Below, piece by piece: positions 1 to 12,486 of a DNA stretch of 64,000 nt (within the stretch, counting starts at the first letter, position 1; every line of letters starts with the position of its first letter). Under the pieces are notes generated by a model. That model was not told where the DNA came from and made no database searches. It saw only the letters and a list, made by a program, of their open reading frames with translations. The stretch spans positions 43,586,001 through 43,650,000 of the forward strand of contig NC_043013.1 of the NCBI RefSeq assembly GCF_006345805.1. The letters run 5' to 3'. The translations under genes and the position numbers were made by a program. This DNA is from Octopus sinensis (Eukaryota).

Positions 1-4
1 ATAA

Positions 5-860
5 GGCGGCAAGCTGGCAGAAACGTTAGCACGCCGGGCGAAATGCGTAGCCGTATTTCGTCTGCCATTACGTTCTCAGTTCAAATTCCGCCGAGGTCGA
101 CTTTGCCTTTCATCCTTTCGGGGTCACTAAATTAAGTACCAGTTATGCACTGGGGTCGATATAATCGACTTAATCCGTTTGTCCTTGTTTTTGTCCTCTC
201 TGTGTTTAGCCCCTTGTGAGTCGTAAAGAAATAGGCATTTCGTCTGCCAAAGGCGGCGAGCTGGCAGAAACATTAGCACGCCAAGCGAAATGTGTAGCTG
301 TATTTCGTCTGCCGTTACGTTCTGAGTTCAAATTCTGCCGAGGTCGACTTTGCCTTTCATCCTTTCGGGGTCGATAAATTAAGTACCAGTTATGTACTGG
401 GGTCGATATAATCGACTTAATCTGTTTGTCTGTCTTTTGTTTGTCCTCTCTGTGCTTAGCCCCTTGTGGGTAGTAAAGAAATAGGTATTTCGTCTGTCGC
501 TACGTTCTGAGTTTAAATTCCACCGAGGTCGACTTTGCCTTTCATCCTTTCGGGGTCGATAAATTAAGTACCAGTTATGTACTGGGGTCGATATAATCGA
601 CTTAATCTGTTTGTCTGTCTTTTGTTTGTCCTCTCTGTGCTTAGCCCCTTGTGGGTAGTAAAGAAATAGGTATTTCGTCTGTCGCTACGTTCTGAGTTTA
701 AATTCCACCGAGGTCGACTTTGCCTTTCATCCTTTCGGGGTCGATAAATTAAGTACCAGTTATGCACTGGGGTCGATATAATCGACTTAATCCGTTTGTC
801 TGTCTTTTGTTTTTGTTCTCTCTGTGTTTAGCCCCTTGTGGGTAGTAAAGAAATAGGTAT
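5..860 (+). mobile_element. SINE family B (about 235 bp) in a tandem cluster of 2 full and 2 headless copies
   Basis: GGCGGCGAGCTGGCAGAAAC...GTTCAAATTCC...TAGTAAAGAAATAG. Other copies at about 4865-5330, 17530-18010, 18746-18972, 22817-23047, 63860-64000 (+) and 20280-20475, 23670-23890, 39390-39612 (-). Confidence 0.85.
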
Positions 861-965
861 TGTATAATGTAAAAAGTTTATTGTAGTTTGACAAGATTTA
901 AATCATGTAACTGCTTAAGCCAAGCAAAGGAAAATACAAAGAACAGACAGCATAAACTTTTTTAA

Positions 966-1186
966 CCCTTTAGCATTCAAACCGGCCATATCTGGCCAAA
1001 ATATTCAGCCTGTTTTATATTGAAACTGACCAGAGCTCGCCTCTCACCTCAGCCCTACCATGCTGTTCTAAAACTAAAAAAATCACATCACTGAAATCTC
1101 TAAACTACAAGATAATACATGATTAATTCAAAACAATATAAATAAACAAACATCACATTTGATAGAATAATCTGAACACTAAAGGG
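966..1186. mobile_element. piggyBac-like MITE
   Basis: TTAA|CCCTTTAG...CTAAAGGG|TTAA. Related copies at 45961-46182 and 46712-47295, the latter split by a CR1 end. Confidence 0.75.
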
Positions 1187-1934
1187 TTAACTTCCACTAT
1201 GACAACAACCTGAATGATAGCAGTGAGCGGCAGTGACAACAGCAATAATTTTCATGATGACAGCAAAAGGTTGATAATAATGACAACAAAAAAAAAAAAA
1301 ACATAATGATATTACCCAGATAATACAATGTTTAATGTGATAATATAACAACAAAAATAAGTTATATGACAGTGATGATAAAAGCTGTGACTGTGCTGAT
1401 TTGATATTCATGAATAAAATAACAATAATGATAAAATAAATCATCATCATGACAATAACAATGAAGATGACTATGATATTGTTTGTGGAAGCACTCCATC
1501 GGTTACGACGACGAGGGTTCCGGTTGATCCGATCAACGGAACAGCCTGCTCATGAAATTAACGTGTAAGTGGCTGAGCACTCCACAGACATGTGTACCCT
1601 TAACGTAGTTCTCGGGGATATTCAGCGTGACACAGAGAGTGACAAGGCCAGCCCTTTGAAGTACAGGTACAACAGACACAGGAAGTAAGAGTGAGAGAAA
1701 GTTGTGGTGAAAGAGTACAGCAGGGATCACCACCATCCCTGCCGGAGCCTCGTGGAGCTTCAGGTGTTTTTGCTCAATAAACACTCGTAACGCCCGGTCT
1801 GGGAATCGAAACCGCGATCCTACGACCGCGAGTCCGCTGCCCTAACCACTGGGCCATTGCGCCTCCAGACTATGATATAACAATGATGATGATGAAGATG
1901 CCGTCGGTAGTAAGAGAAAGAAAGCAAACCTTAC

Positions 1935-1975
1935 CTTGTGTGACTGGTAAGTATTTGAATACACAGCCCTTCCGA
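1935..1975 (-). CDS. WDSUB1: WDSUB1 coding exon 6 (gene continues off the left edge)
   Basis: Acceptor ATTTCAG|; SEGLCIQILTSHT(R) (cf. ILHTLTQHTR); donor |GTAAGG. 41 nt. SAM and U-box exons were not found in the window. Confidence 0.85.
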
Positions 1976-2209
1976 CTGAAATATGGAAGACAAACAATAT
2001 AAATAATGAAGTCATCTCAATCAGCTTTTCTCTTATCTCACAACATCATCCAGGAATCAGATGCATTATACAAATGTATTTATTCGCAAATTTGTAGTTC
2101 ATGTTGCTCCAGTCCACTCAAAACGAATGGTACCTGTATTTTAAAGGGCCAGCCTCGTCACATTCTGTGTCATGCTGAATCTCTCTGAGGACTATGTTAC
2201 AGATATATA

Positions 2210-2626
2210 GGCGCAGGAGTGGCTGTGTGGTAAGTAGCTTGCTAACCAGCCACATGGTTCTCGGTTCAGTCCCACTGCGTGGCATCTTGGGCAAGTGTCT
2301 TCTGCTATAGCCTCGGGCCGACCAAAGCCTTGTGAGTGGATTTGGTAGACAGAAACTGAAAGAAGCCCGTCGTATATATGTATGTATATATATATATGTA
2401 TGTGTGTGTGTATATGTTTGTGTGTCTGTGTTTGTCCCTCTAGCATTGCTTGACAACCGATGCTGGTGTGTTTACGTCCCCGTCACTTAGCGGTTCAGCA
2501 AAAGAGATCGATAGAATAAGTACTGGGCTTACAAAGAATAAGTCCCGGGGTCGATTTGCTCGACTAAAGGCGGTGCTCCATCATGGCCACAGTCAAATGA
2601 CTGAAACAAGTAAAAGAGTAAAAGAG
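2210..2626 (+). mobile_element. tRNA-derived SINE family A (about 400 bp, internal (TA)/(TG) tract)
   Basis: GGCGYAGGAGTGGCTGTGTGG...CTTGGGCAAGTGTC...GACTGAAACAAGTAAAAGAG. Other copies at about 3242-3650, 5693-6245, 8542-8978, 18013-18392, 25671-26069, 29595-30000, 42602-42994, 61556-61810 (+) and 10162-10543, 11175-11470, 36548-36790, 38888-39048 (-). Confidence 0.85.
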
Positions 2627-3897
2627 TATGTCTGTGGAGTACTCAGCCACTTGCACGTTAATTTTATGAGTGGGTTATTCAGTTGATCAGATGAACTAGA
2701 ACCCTCATCATCATAAACAATAGAGTGCCTGTAGTTATTCTCCAGTAAACAAAATAAATTTATACCTAAAAATTTATATACATAGACCCTGTGAAACCAT
2801 TTATAAACGCAGAACCCAGACAACTAATTACATACATAGAACCTATACAACTATTTATATACACAGAGGACCTATTCAATTAGTTATATGTCAGAATGTA
2901 AACAACCATTTATAAATATACACAACATACAAATGTATTTATAATCACCGAACCTACACAACTGGCACTTCATCGGTTATGGTGACAAGTGTTCCGGTTG
3001 GTCTGATAAACAGAACAGCCAGCTTGTGAAATTTATGTGAACTCTACAGATATGTGTACTCTTAATGTAGTTCTCAGGAAAAAGGCCGGCCCTTTGAATT
3101 ACAGACACAACTGAAGCAACATGAAATAAAGTGTCTTGCTCATGGATACAATGCAATACTGGGAACCAGAATCAGAACCTTATGAGAGAAAACTGAATAC
3201 CTTAACCACTGAGCCATATGCCTTCACTCCTATACAACTATAGGCGTAGGAGTGGCTGTGTGGTAAGTAGCTTGATTACCAACCACATGGTTCCGGGTTC
3301 AGTCCCACTGCGTGGCACCTTGGGCAAGTGTCTTCTACTATAGCCTCGGGCCGACCAAAGCCTTGTGAGTGGATTTGGTAGACAGAAACTGAAAGAAGCC
3401 CGTCGTATATATGTATATACATATATATGTATATGTGTGTGTGTTTGTTTGTGTGTCTGTGTTTGTCCCTCCAACATCGCCTGACAACCAATGCTGGTGT
3501 GTTTACAACCCCGTAACTTAGCAGTTCGGCAAGTGAGACTGATAAAATAAGTACTAGACTTACAAAGAATAAGTCATGGGGTCGATTTGCTTGATTAAAG
3601 GCAGTGCTCCAGCATGGCCATAGTCAGATGATTGAAACAAGTAAAAGAGTAACTGTTTACAGGCACAGAACCTTCACAGGCATTTATACACATCTGCACT
3701 ATGGTTTATATACACCAAACCAATACAACCATTCATATACACAGAAACAATACAACCAGATGGGTTGGGTATGAATGGAATGTCTTAGATCACAAGTCTA
3801 CCGAATGTTGCCTAACCTGAGGCTAAATAATAATAATAATAACAGACTCTAACAAAATACTGTATTTTGGAATTTGAAGAAATAAATGGTAACTTAC

Positions 3898-3931
3898 AGG
3901 GTCCCAAAGTCTTATAGTTTTATCAAAGGAT
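3898..3931 (-). CDS. WDSUB1: WDSUB1 coding exon 5 (34-nt small exon)
   Basis: Acceptor GTTTTCAG|; (G)SFDKTIRLWDP, a WD-repeat end; donor |GTAAGT. Phase 2/0 fits. Confidence 0.88.
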
Positions 3932-6256
3932 CTGAAAACATAAAAGAGAAAAAGAGACAAAATAATTGTAGGCCCACTTTACTAATGGAATTCAAAGGAA
4001 AGTTACATGAAGCCCCATATCACCTTAGTTTTCAAGGCATGATGCAGTCCTCAGGTTCGCTGGACCTGATCAAATCACCCACCCCATGCCAACATGGAAG
4101 ATGAACATAAAAGGACAATGACAATGATGATGATGATTATGATGATAATGATGGTGGTAGTGGTGATGATGATGATGATGAGGATGATGGCAATGATGAT
4201 GCAGAGGGTGGTGGTAATGGTGATGATTAAAGTGGAGCACTGATTTTAGAGATCTGTCTGTTATTTTTATGATAGCTCTGTTTGAGAAGGAAGGACTATG
4301 CCTGTGACCTTTCGAGGATCTTTAAGACCAAGGATAACTTCTAGAGAGGAAGTTCTCCTCAAACACAATGAAGACCTGGCCCAAATGTGTTCAAAACAGT
4401 GGGCTCTGCTAAAGGCACTCATGGGCCAGGTAATAATATAAAAAAAAACCACCCAGTCAGAGAAAGAAATGAAGTTTACTGTCAGCAACTGTGAGACAAC
4501 GTTCCCACACCCTACAACTCTCACTAGCTCTAATTCTGTTCTCTTACAACATCATTCTATCTCTTTCCGTAATTACTACTAAACAATGAAGAGGATACAA
4601 ACTTTACTTCACATGCTTTTGGATTTATCATAACCTGCCCGTCAAGGCAAGGTATTTGTAACGTGACGGTAAATAAATACTTTCTTAAAACTTCATGCAT
4701 TGTCCATCTTTCACATCTTACAACTTGCCGTTAAAACAACAAATTTTTATTGCTACAACTGCTGACTCCAACATTTCATAATATTGTTTACAAATCAATT
4801 TCTCCTGCTACAGTTCCTTTTGATATTGTTATTGTCTTTCTTATTATTTTCTTTGTCTTAAGGCTGCGAGCTGGCAGAATTGTTATCATGCCAGGCAAAA
4901 TGCTTAGCAGCTTTCCATCCATTTTCATGGTCTGAATTCAAATTCTGCTCTGCTGAAGTTTACTTTACCTTTCATCCTTTAGGAATCGATAAAATAAGTA
5001 CCAGTTGATCACTGGGGTTGATGTAGTTGACTTAGCCCCACCCCCGAAATTGCTGACCTTGGGTCAAAATTTGAAGTCATTCTTATTGTCTTTCCTATTA
5101 TTTCCATTGTCCCAAGATGGTGAGTTGGCAGAATTGTTAGCACGTCAAGCAAACTCCTTAGTGGCATTTCATCTGTCTTTATGTTCTGAGTTCAAATTCC
5201 ACTGAGACTGACTTTGCCTTTCATCCTTTTGGGGTCAATGAAATAAGTACCAGCTATGCACTGGGGGTCAACTTAATTGACTAACTCCCTTCCCAAAAGT
5301 TTCAGGCCAAGTGCTTACAGTAGAAAAGATTATTTCCATTGTTCTGGCTATTATTGCTATTTCCTGTAATAATTAACATGGAAAGAGTTCGTTTTGTTGA
5401 GTGGGAAACATTTAATGATTATTCCATGGCTCTTGGTACATGTGAGTAATTTATTAGGCAGAAACAATAGCAACAACAACTAGTTACCACTTTTACAAAC
5501 TTGTCTTTTATACCTATTCTTCTAACTTTATATTAAGAAGTCGAACATACAGATTCCTGTAACTCAAACCACCTCATGATCCCAGCAGACAAAATGGAAA
5601 AGGTGTTGCCTCTGAAGATGTACTGGAACAACAACTCTGACTCACAGGGCTCACACTTGTCACTCTATCAATTCTGCTAATCCACTGGTCTTACTGTGGT
5701 AAGTAGATTGCTTACAAACCACATGGTTCCGGGTTCAGCTCCACTGTGTGGCACCTTTGGCAAGTGTCTTCTACTATAGCCTCAGGTCAACCAAAGCCTT
5801 GTGAATGGATTTAGTAGACGGAAACTGAAAAAAGCTCGTCGTATATATGTATGTGTATATGTGTATGTGTAAATATATATATATATATATATATATAGTT
5901 AATCCAAACAAGAAAACACAGAAAAAAACACGGCAACGCGAGGACGTGGAACAATTAAAGTATTATTTGACGCTCAGGAAGGAAGTGAAGATATATATGT
6001 ATATATATATATATGTATGTGTGTGTGTATGTGTTTGTGTGTCTGTGTTTGTCCCCCCAACATCGCTTGACAACCGATGCTGGTGTGTTTACATCCCCAT
6101 AACTTAGCGGTTCGGCAAAAGAGACTGATAGAATAAGTACTAGGCTTACAAAGAATAAGTCCTGGGGGTTGATTTGCTCGACTAAAGGCAGTGCTCCAGC
6201 ATGGCCACAGTCAAATGACTGAAACAGGTAAAAGATTAAAAGAGTAATGTACTTAC

Positions 6257-6350
6257 CCCGAAGCCAGCAGGTTTTTATGATGAGCAAAACAACAAACAGA
6301 GACAGGTGCTTTGTGTCCAGTAAGGACAAATTTATTGTTAACTTGTACAC
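6257..6350 (-). CDS. WDSUB1: WDSUB1 coding exon 4
   Basis: Acceptor CCTTCCAG|; (S)VQVNNKFVLTGHKAPVSVCCFAHHKNLLAS(G) (cf. LSGHCAPVLACAFS); donor |GTAAGT. 94 nt. Absent from the ORF track. Confidence 0.9.
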
Positions 6351-6691
6351 CTGGAAGGTAAAACATGAAAGGCAGAAACATTAGAACTGGAATGAATTCA
6401 TGATTCTTGTGTCACTCCAAAGTAGAGTAGTTTACATATAAAATGAGAGTAGGTACAAGGCTCTGACATTTGTAAATTACTAGTGTCATGCTAGAGTAGT
6501 CTAGTATATGTGTAAGGGTTGACAACAGGAAGGGCATCCAGCCACAGCAAATTTGTCTCAACAAATTTTTTCTGACCCATGCAAACATGGAAATTTAGAT
6601 GTTAAAAATGATGATGATGATGACATAAATGTGTGTGTGTGTGTGTGTGTGCACACAGACTTGTACATGTACAAAATGGATATTAACAATG

Positions 6692-6728
<37 letters not shown>

Positions 6729-7356
6729 CGAAAGTGCCACACCCTGGCAGTTGAGGGGACCTGTGGAAGAGGTAGACCCAGGAAAACCTGGGTCGAGGTG
6801 GTGAAGCACGACCTTCGAACTTTAGGTCTCACCAAGGAAATGACCAGAGACCGAGACCTATGGAAGTATGCTGCGTGTGAGAAGACCCGGCAAGACCAGT
6901 GAGAACAGTCAAAATCAAAATCAAACCAAATCAATTCATATATCAGAAAGCAGAACCAAATTGAGGTCGATCAACATCAGTGGGAATTGCAGCTGTGGTT
7001 AAGCGAACCATCCGATCGTGGTCGTTGCCGGCGCCGCCCCATCTAGCCTCCGTGTCGGTGGCACGTAAAAGCACCATCCGTTCGTGTCCGTTGCCAGCCT
7101 CGCCTGGTCCCCGTCCCGGTGACACGTAAAAGCACCATCCGTTCGTGGCCGTTTGCCAGCTCTGTCTGGCACCTGTGCGGGTGGCATGTAAAAAGCACCC
7201 ACTACACTCACGGAGTGGTTGGCGTTAAGAAGGGCATTTAGCCGTAGAAACACTGCCAGATCTGACTGGGCCTGATGAAGCCTTCCAGCTTCACAGACCC
7301 CAGTTGAACTGTCCAACCCATGCTAGCATGGAAAACGGACGCTAAATGATGATGAT
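6729..7356 (+). mobile_element. RTE-clade LINE 3' end (ORF C-terminus plus probable 3' UTR ending in (GAT)n)
   Basis: VEGTCGRGRPRKTWVEVVKHDLRTLGL...DRDLWK, followed by GTAAAAGCACC repeats and CCAACCCATGCTAGCATGGAAA...GATGATGAT. The same 3' module occurs at about 19690-19940, 24868-25032, 32550-33135, 39945-40290 (+) and 45005-45245, 47358-47680, 63145-63620 (-). Confidence 0.7.
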
Positions 7357-7367
7357 ATATATATATA

Positions 7368-8520
7368 CGGTTAAGTAATTGAGATTCTAGTGAATTCTAA
7401 AGAATTCACATGAATATGGTCCTTAACTAGGATGCACCGGAAATCTATATGGTGTTAACCATACGACAAGTGGGGTGATTACAAATAGGAAAAAAGCAAC
7501 AAGAATGGATTAAAATCTCGGTACGATCGTTTCGTATGAGGACATCTTTAATAAGCTACAAAAAATGCAGTGAATACAGATGGCTCGTACTCGTCAGCCG
7601 AAAAAACATCAGAGAATTCCCAAACATCAAAAGGGGTAGATACAAAAGAGGTTGTAAGATTAGCTGCATTGAAGAAAGTTCGATTCATGGAGATCCGATG
7701 AAAGGTTTTAAATCTATAGAATTTATGCATGTCTACATATAGTTCATATTGAATATTTGATCAAGTTGTGTGAAGAAATTTTCGGATACAGTCATGCAAA
7801 ATTTCTGAAAATCCGAGTAAGAGGCAAAGTGACTGCCATATCATGTAGAGGAAAGTCTGAGTAAAAGCATAGTGACTGTCATATCGTGTAGAGGAACAGA
7901 TTGTTATTGAAATCTACAAGAATCGCAGATAAGTTCGATTTTTTGGAGATCCGATGAAAAAGTCTTGAACTTACAAAATATGTGTATGTCCTTATAGTTC
8001 ATAATCCAGTTTTGTGGAGAGATTTAGGGTACAATCATGCGAAAAATATCAGGGAATCCGAATGAGAAGCAAAATGACAGTCTTATATTGTAGCGGTTCA
8101 GGTTGTTAATGAATTTATCAAGAATCACAGAAAGAGGAGGAAGGAGGTAGAAATTTAATCAGTTACTGCTATTTAAGCTGTCAAAGAGAAAGGAAAGGGG
8201 AAGCTAAGGGGATGGGCACAAGTTGATACTAACAAAAAAGTCTAAGTTTGTTTAGAACAAAATTCGAACTGAGGTCAACAATTTATTTCTTTATTTATAA
8301 ATGTTACTATTAATAGATTGTCAGGTTACAAAGAGGTCATTAGAAAGGAAAGAAAAATCTTACAACCTCTTTTGTATCTACCCCTTTTGATGTTTGGGAA
8401 TTCTCTGATGTTTGAGTACTAGCCATCTGTATTCACTGCATTTTTTGTAGCTTATTAAAGATGTCCTCGTACGAAACGATCGTACCGAGATTTTAATCCA
8501 TTCTTGTTGCTTTTTTCCTA
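7368..8520 (-). mobile_element. Penelope-like element fragment, same family as 36821-38664, with inverted 5' duplication
   Basis: 7486-8350 is near-identical to 36821-37680. 8356-8520 is the reverse complement of 7486-7661 with a small deletion. Bounded by (TA)n. Confidence 0.78.
7517..7602 (-). ncRNA. Type I hammerhead ribozyme, one stem II mismatch
   Basis: Same as 36852-36937 except CUCAUAC in the 3' strand of stem II; core intact. Confidence 0.78.
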
Positions 8521-8980
8521 TATATATATATATATATATATAGGCGTAGGAGTGGCTGTATGGTAAGTAGCTTGCATACGAACTACATGATTCCAGGTTC
8601 AGTCCCACTGCGTGGCACCTTGGGCAAGTGTCTTCTACTACAGCCTCAGGCCAACCAAAGCCTTGTGAGTGGATTTGGTAGATGGAAACTGAAAGAAGCC
8701 CGTCGTATATATATATATATATATGTGTATGTGTGTGTGTGTGTGTCTGTCTGTCTGTGTGTGTGTACGTTTGTGTGTCTGTGTTTGTCTGTCCAATATT
8801 GCTTGACAACCGATGGTGGTGTATTTACATTGCCATAACTTAGTGATTCGGCCAAAGAGACCAATAGAATAAGTACTAGGCCTATAAAGAATAAGTCCTG
8901 GGGTCGATGTGCTCGACTAAAGGCAGTGCTCCAGCATGGCCACAGTCAAATGACTGAAACAAGTAGAAGAGTAAAAGAAA

Positions 8981-9023
<43 letters not shown>

Positions 9024-9212
9024 TAACTACAAAATTAGAAAATGGAGAAACATACTTAAATCAATAAAACATCAACTATCAGATGATACCCAATCAATAC
9101 TTTATTACACCATTACATATCAGTAAAGGCATTATACAAATTATACAGTAAATGTAAATAGACAAAGAGATATAAGTATAAAATTTCAAATATAATATGT
9201 AATTAAATCATA

Positions 9213-9322
9213 TCTGACAGCTGTTTCGGCAGCAAGGGCAGTCATACCTCATTTAACCTATAAGCCATAAAGGCAGGTATAAATGAGGCATTAACAAGGA
9301 TGCCCCACGGCCTCTTCAGAGA
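9213..9322 (-). ncRNA. Mirror hammerhead ribozyme in the inverted arm
   Basis: Reverse-complement copy of 9405-9514; core intact. Confidence 0.75.
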
Positions 9323-9404
9323 ATTAAATTTGTTATAATTGTGAAAAAATTATTTTTCCATATACAATTTTTTCCAATTTTTTCACAATTATAACAAATT
9401 TAAT

Positions 9405-9514
9405 TCTCTGAAGAGGCCGCGGGGCATCCTTGTTAATGCCTCATTTATACCTGCCTTTATGGCTTATAGGTTAAATGAGGTATGACTGCCCTTGCTGCCG
9501 AAACAGCTGTCAGA
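9405..9514 (+). ncRNA. Type I hammerhead ribozyme with long branched stem II
   Basis: UCU-CUGAAGA-GGC...GCC-GAAA-C-AGCU-G-UC^AGA. Palindromic stem III ACAGCUGU; extended stem II with inner hairpin CCUCAUUUA/UAAAUGAGG. Confidence 0.78.
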
Positions 9515-9868
9515 TATGATTTAATTACATATTATATTTGAAATTTTATACTTATATCTCTTTGTCTATTTACATTTACTGTATAATTTGTATAATGCCT
9601 TTACTGATATGTAATGGTGTAATAAAGTATTGATTGGGTATCATCTGATAGTTGATGTTTTATTGATTTAAGTATGTTTCTCCATTTTCTAATTTTGTAG
9701 TATTAATTTACGGTAATATTATTACCTTTACCCATATAATACAATAGATGAACTGATTGTTTGGCAATTTTTAACATCTATGTATTAGTCTTGTTGGGTA
9801 CCTATCTAGCAGTATATTGGATATATGTTATCCCATGGTGGGTTGAATTTTCAACCCCTATCTCATTT

Positions 9869-9914
<46 letters not shown>

Positions 9915-10541
9915 GTATGTATATATGATTATTGAATAGTGCAATCCAGTAGTATTGCTTCCCAGTAAAACAAAGCACCATCAGGTTAAAGTATACATTA
10001 CATTAACAAACATAATTTGAAAAGTTCGAAACCTAGGTCCTAGATTATCCACATCTGGGTTGTACATTTATTTAATATTCTTCTTATAGGTAAAAAATTT
10101 TTATGTTCGCTACCTGCAAACATCTTTGCCAGCATATATATATATATATATATTTTTTTTTTTTTACTTGTTTCAGTCATTTGACTGCGGCCATGCTGGA
10201 GCACCGTCTTTAGTCAAGCAAATCGACCCTGGGACTTATTCTTTGTAAGCCCAGTACTTATTCTATCGGTCTCTTTTGCCGAACCGCTAAGTGACGGGGA
10301 CGTAAACACACCAGCATCGGTTGTCAAGCAATGCTAGGGGGACAAACACACACACACATATATATATATATACATATATACGACAGGCTTCTTTCAGTTT
10401 CCGTCTACCAAATCCACTCACAAGGCATTGGTCGGCCCGAGGCTATAGCAGAAGACACTTGCCCAAGATGCCACGCAGTGGGACTGAACCCAGAACCATG
10501 TGGTTGGTTAGCAAGCTACTTACCACACAGCCACTCCTGCG

Positions 10542-10584
<43 letters not shown>

Positions 10585-10645
10585 ATATAGCCATCCACTC
10601 GTGAACCGAGGAAGACCATTGCCGACCTTCATCATCATCATCATC

Positions 10646-10694
<49 letters not shown>

Positions 10695-10781
10695 TGAAGC
10701 TTAACTATAGCGTCATATATTATCAACTGCTATTTCTAGTAATATTGGTGCATTGTTGTACAACTATCCTACATCATATAT

Positions 10782-10826
<45 letters not shown>

Positions 10827-11119
10827 TTCAGATGAATACGGTACTTAAGTAAAGGCACCAGAATTTAGTATGGTATTATCCATATAATTCAAAATGGGGT
10901 GATTTAATCCTTGTTACTTATTTTGATTATACATGAATATATATATATATATATATATACATAGAACAGACTTATTTTAGTTTCTATCAATCATACCCAC
11001 TCACAAGATTTTGGTTGGCCCAGAGCTATAATAAAAAACACTTGCCAAAGGTGGGACTGAACCCAAAGCCACACTGTTACAAAGTAAAGTACATAACTAC
11101 GCACCTGTGTGTGTGTGTG

Positions 11120-11166
<47 letters not shown>

Positions 11167-11715
11167 CTTTACTCTCTTTTATACTCTTTTACTTGTTTCA
11201 GTCATTTGACTGCGGCCATGCTGGAGCACCACCTTTAATCGAGCAACTTGACTCTGGGACTTATTCTTTGTAAGCCCATTACTTCTTCTATCGGTCTCTT
11301 TTGTCGAACCGCTAAGTGACGGGGACATAAACACACCAGCATCGGTTGTCAAGCAATGCTAGGGGGACAAACACAGACACACAAACACACACGCACATAT
11401 ATATATATATATATATATACGACGGGCTTCTTTCAGTTTCTGTCTACCAAATCCACTCACAAGGCTTTAGTTACATGATAAGCATAGCTTTCACCTGGAC
11501 ACATTTCTGAATTATTTGTTCACTCTGTTTAACTTTCTTAACCAACAACAACAACAAAAAAACCCCACTCCAATGAACAAAATGCAATGTTTGAACAACA
11601 CCAAAATCGTTCTAAAGTCAAGATTTTTTGCCATGGTAACAACAGTTAAATTAATTACGCCAGCTGAGCATTACTCAAAGTCAAATAAATACACTCGTTG
11701 CTTAGCAGTACTTAC

Positions 11716-11799
11716 TTGTCATATCAGCTGACACAATTTCCCAAAGTTTTAGTAATGCGTCTTGGCCACAGGTCGCCAATAAATATTTGGTATGATTAT
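11716..11799 (-). CDS. WDSUB1: WDSUB1 coding exon 3
   Basis: Acceptor TTTTTGCAG|; (N)NHTKYLLATCGQDALLKLWEIVSADMT (cf. LASCGQDCQVKIW); donor |GTAAGT. 84 nt, phase 1/1. Confidence 0.9.
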
Positions 11800-11840
11800 C
11801 TGCAAAAATACAAACAAACAAATGTATGCATATTATCACT

Positions 11841-11887
<47 letters not shown>

Positions 11888-12449
11888 GAGTGAGAGAGCA
11901 ATGCATGCCATCAAAGTGACACTGGGGTACAAATATACAAAGCCCAATATACCCATCATGACTACCCATCTGATAAGGGTACACCAGGCACATGCATCAC
12001 AACCATATGTGCATGACATGGTGATCTCATATCAAGATAAACAGTGTATAACCTTGCAAGTGGGGCCCAGTTAGAATTTTCTGCAGGTCGTATAGCCCGT
12101 TCTGCTCATAAGGTCCCTGGAATAAAATTTATTTAAGGATGATGAATGAAACACCCATGTTTCCAGGGGTGAATTATTCAAATCTCAAAGAATCCCTCTC
12201 AACACATGGCTATGATGCACCCCCCACTACTTCTGCTCGTGATCAGAGATGCACATATCGTCAGCCACTAAGGGACATGCTCAACTGGTTAAGGTCAAAC
12301 AACTGACAAGCAAACCTGTGGTATTGAGCAGAATATTTGCTGTAGCCCATCTTTTATACCAAGACAAAACAATGTACATGATAACACTTCCAGTCAGTTA
12401 AGATCAGAAGCCATGAGAGCCACTGCCTGGTACTGCATCAGGGCTACTC

Positions 12450-12485
<36 letters not shown>

Positions 12486-12486
<1 letters not shown>

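Larger units (their letters stand above)
9026..9870 (+). mobile_element. Foldback Penelope-like fragment: 326-bp inverted repeat carrying hammerheads
   Basis: Arms 9026-9351 and 9376-9701 are near-perfect reverse complements with a 24-nt spacer. An extra tail runs to about 9870. (TA)n on both flanks. Confidence 0.7.

Noticed and set aside
2118-2456. Recurrent ORFs such as RRASFSFCLPNPLTRLW and MTETSKR at many loci
   Set aside because: Antisense or sense translations of non-coding SINE family A copies.
4297-4440. Short ORF MPVTFRGSLRPRITSREEVLLK... with a GTAATA donor-like end
   Set aside because: No recognisable homology, upstream frames are closed, and it is antisense within a WDSUB1 intron.
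12225-12270. CUGACGA core on the minus strand within the repeat at about 12110-12445
   Set aside because: It is followed by GAAG rather than GAAA, with no consistent stems I and III.
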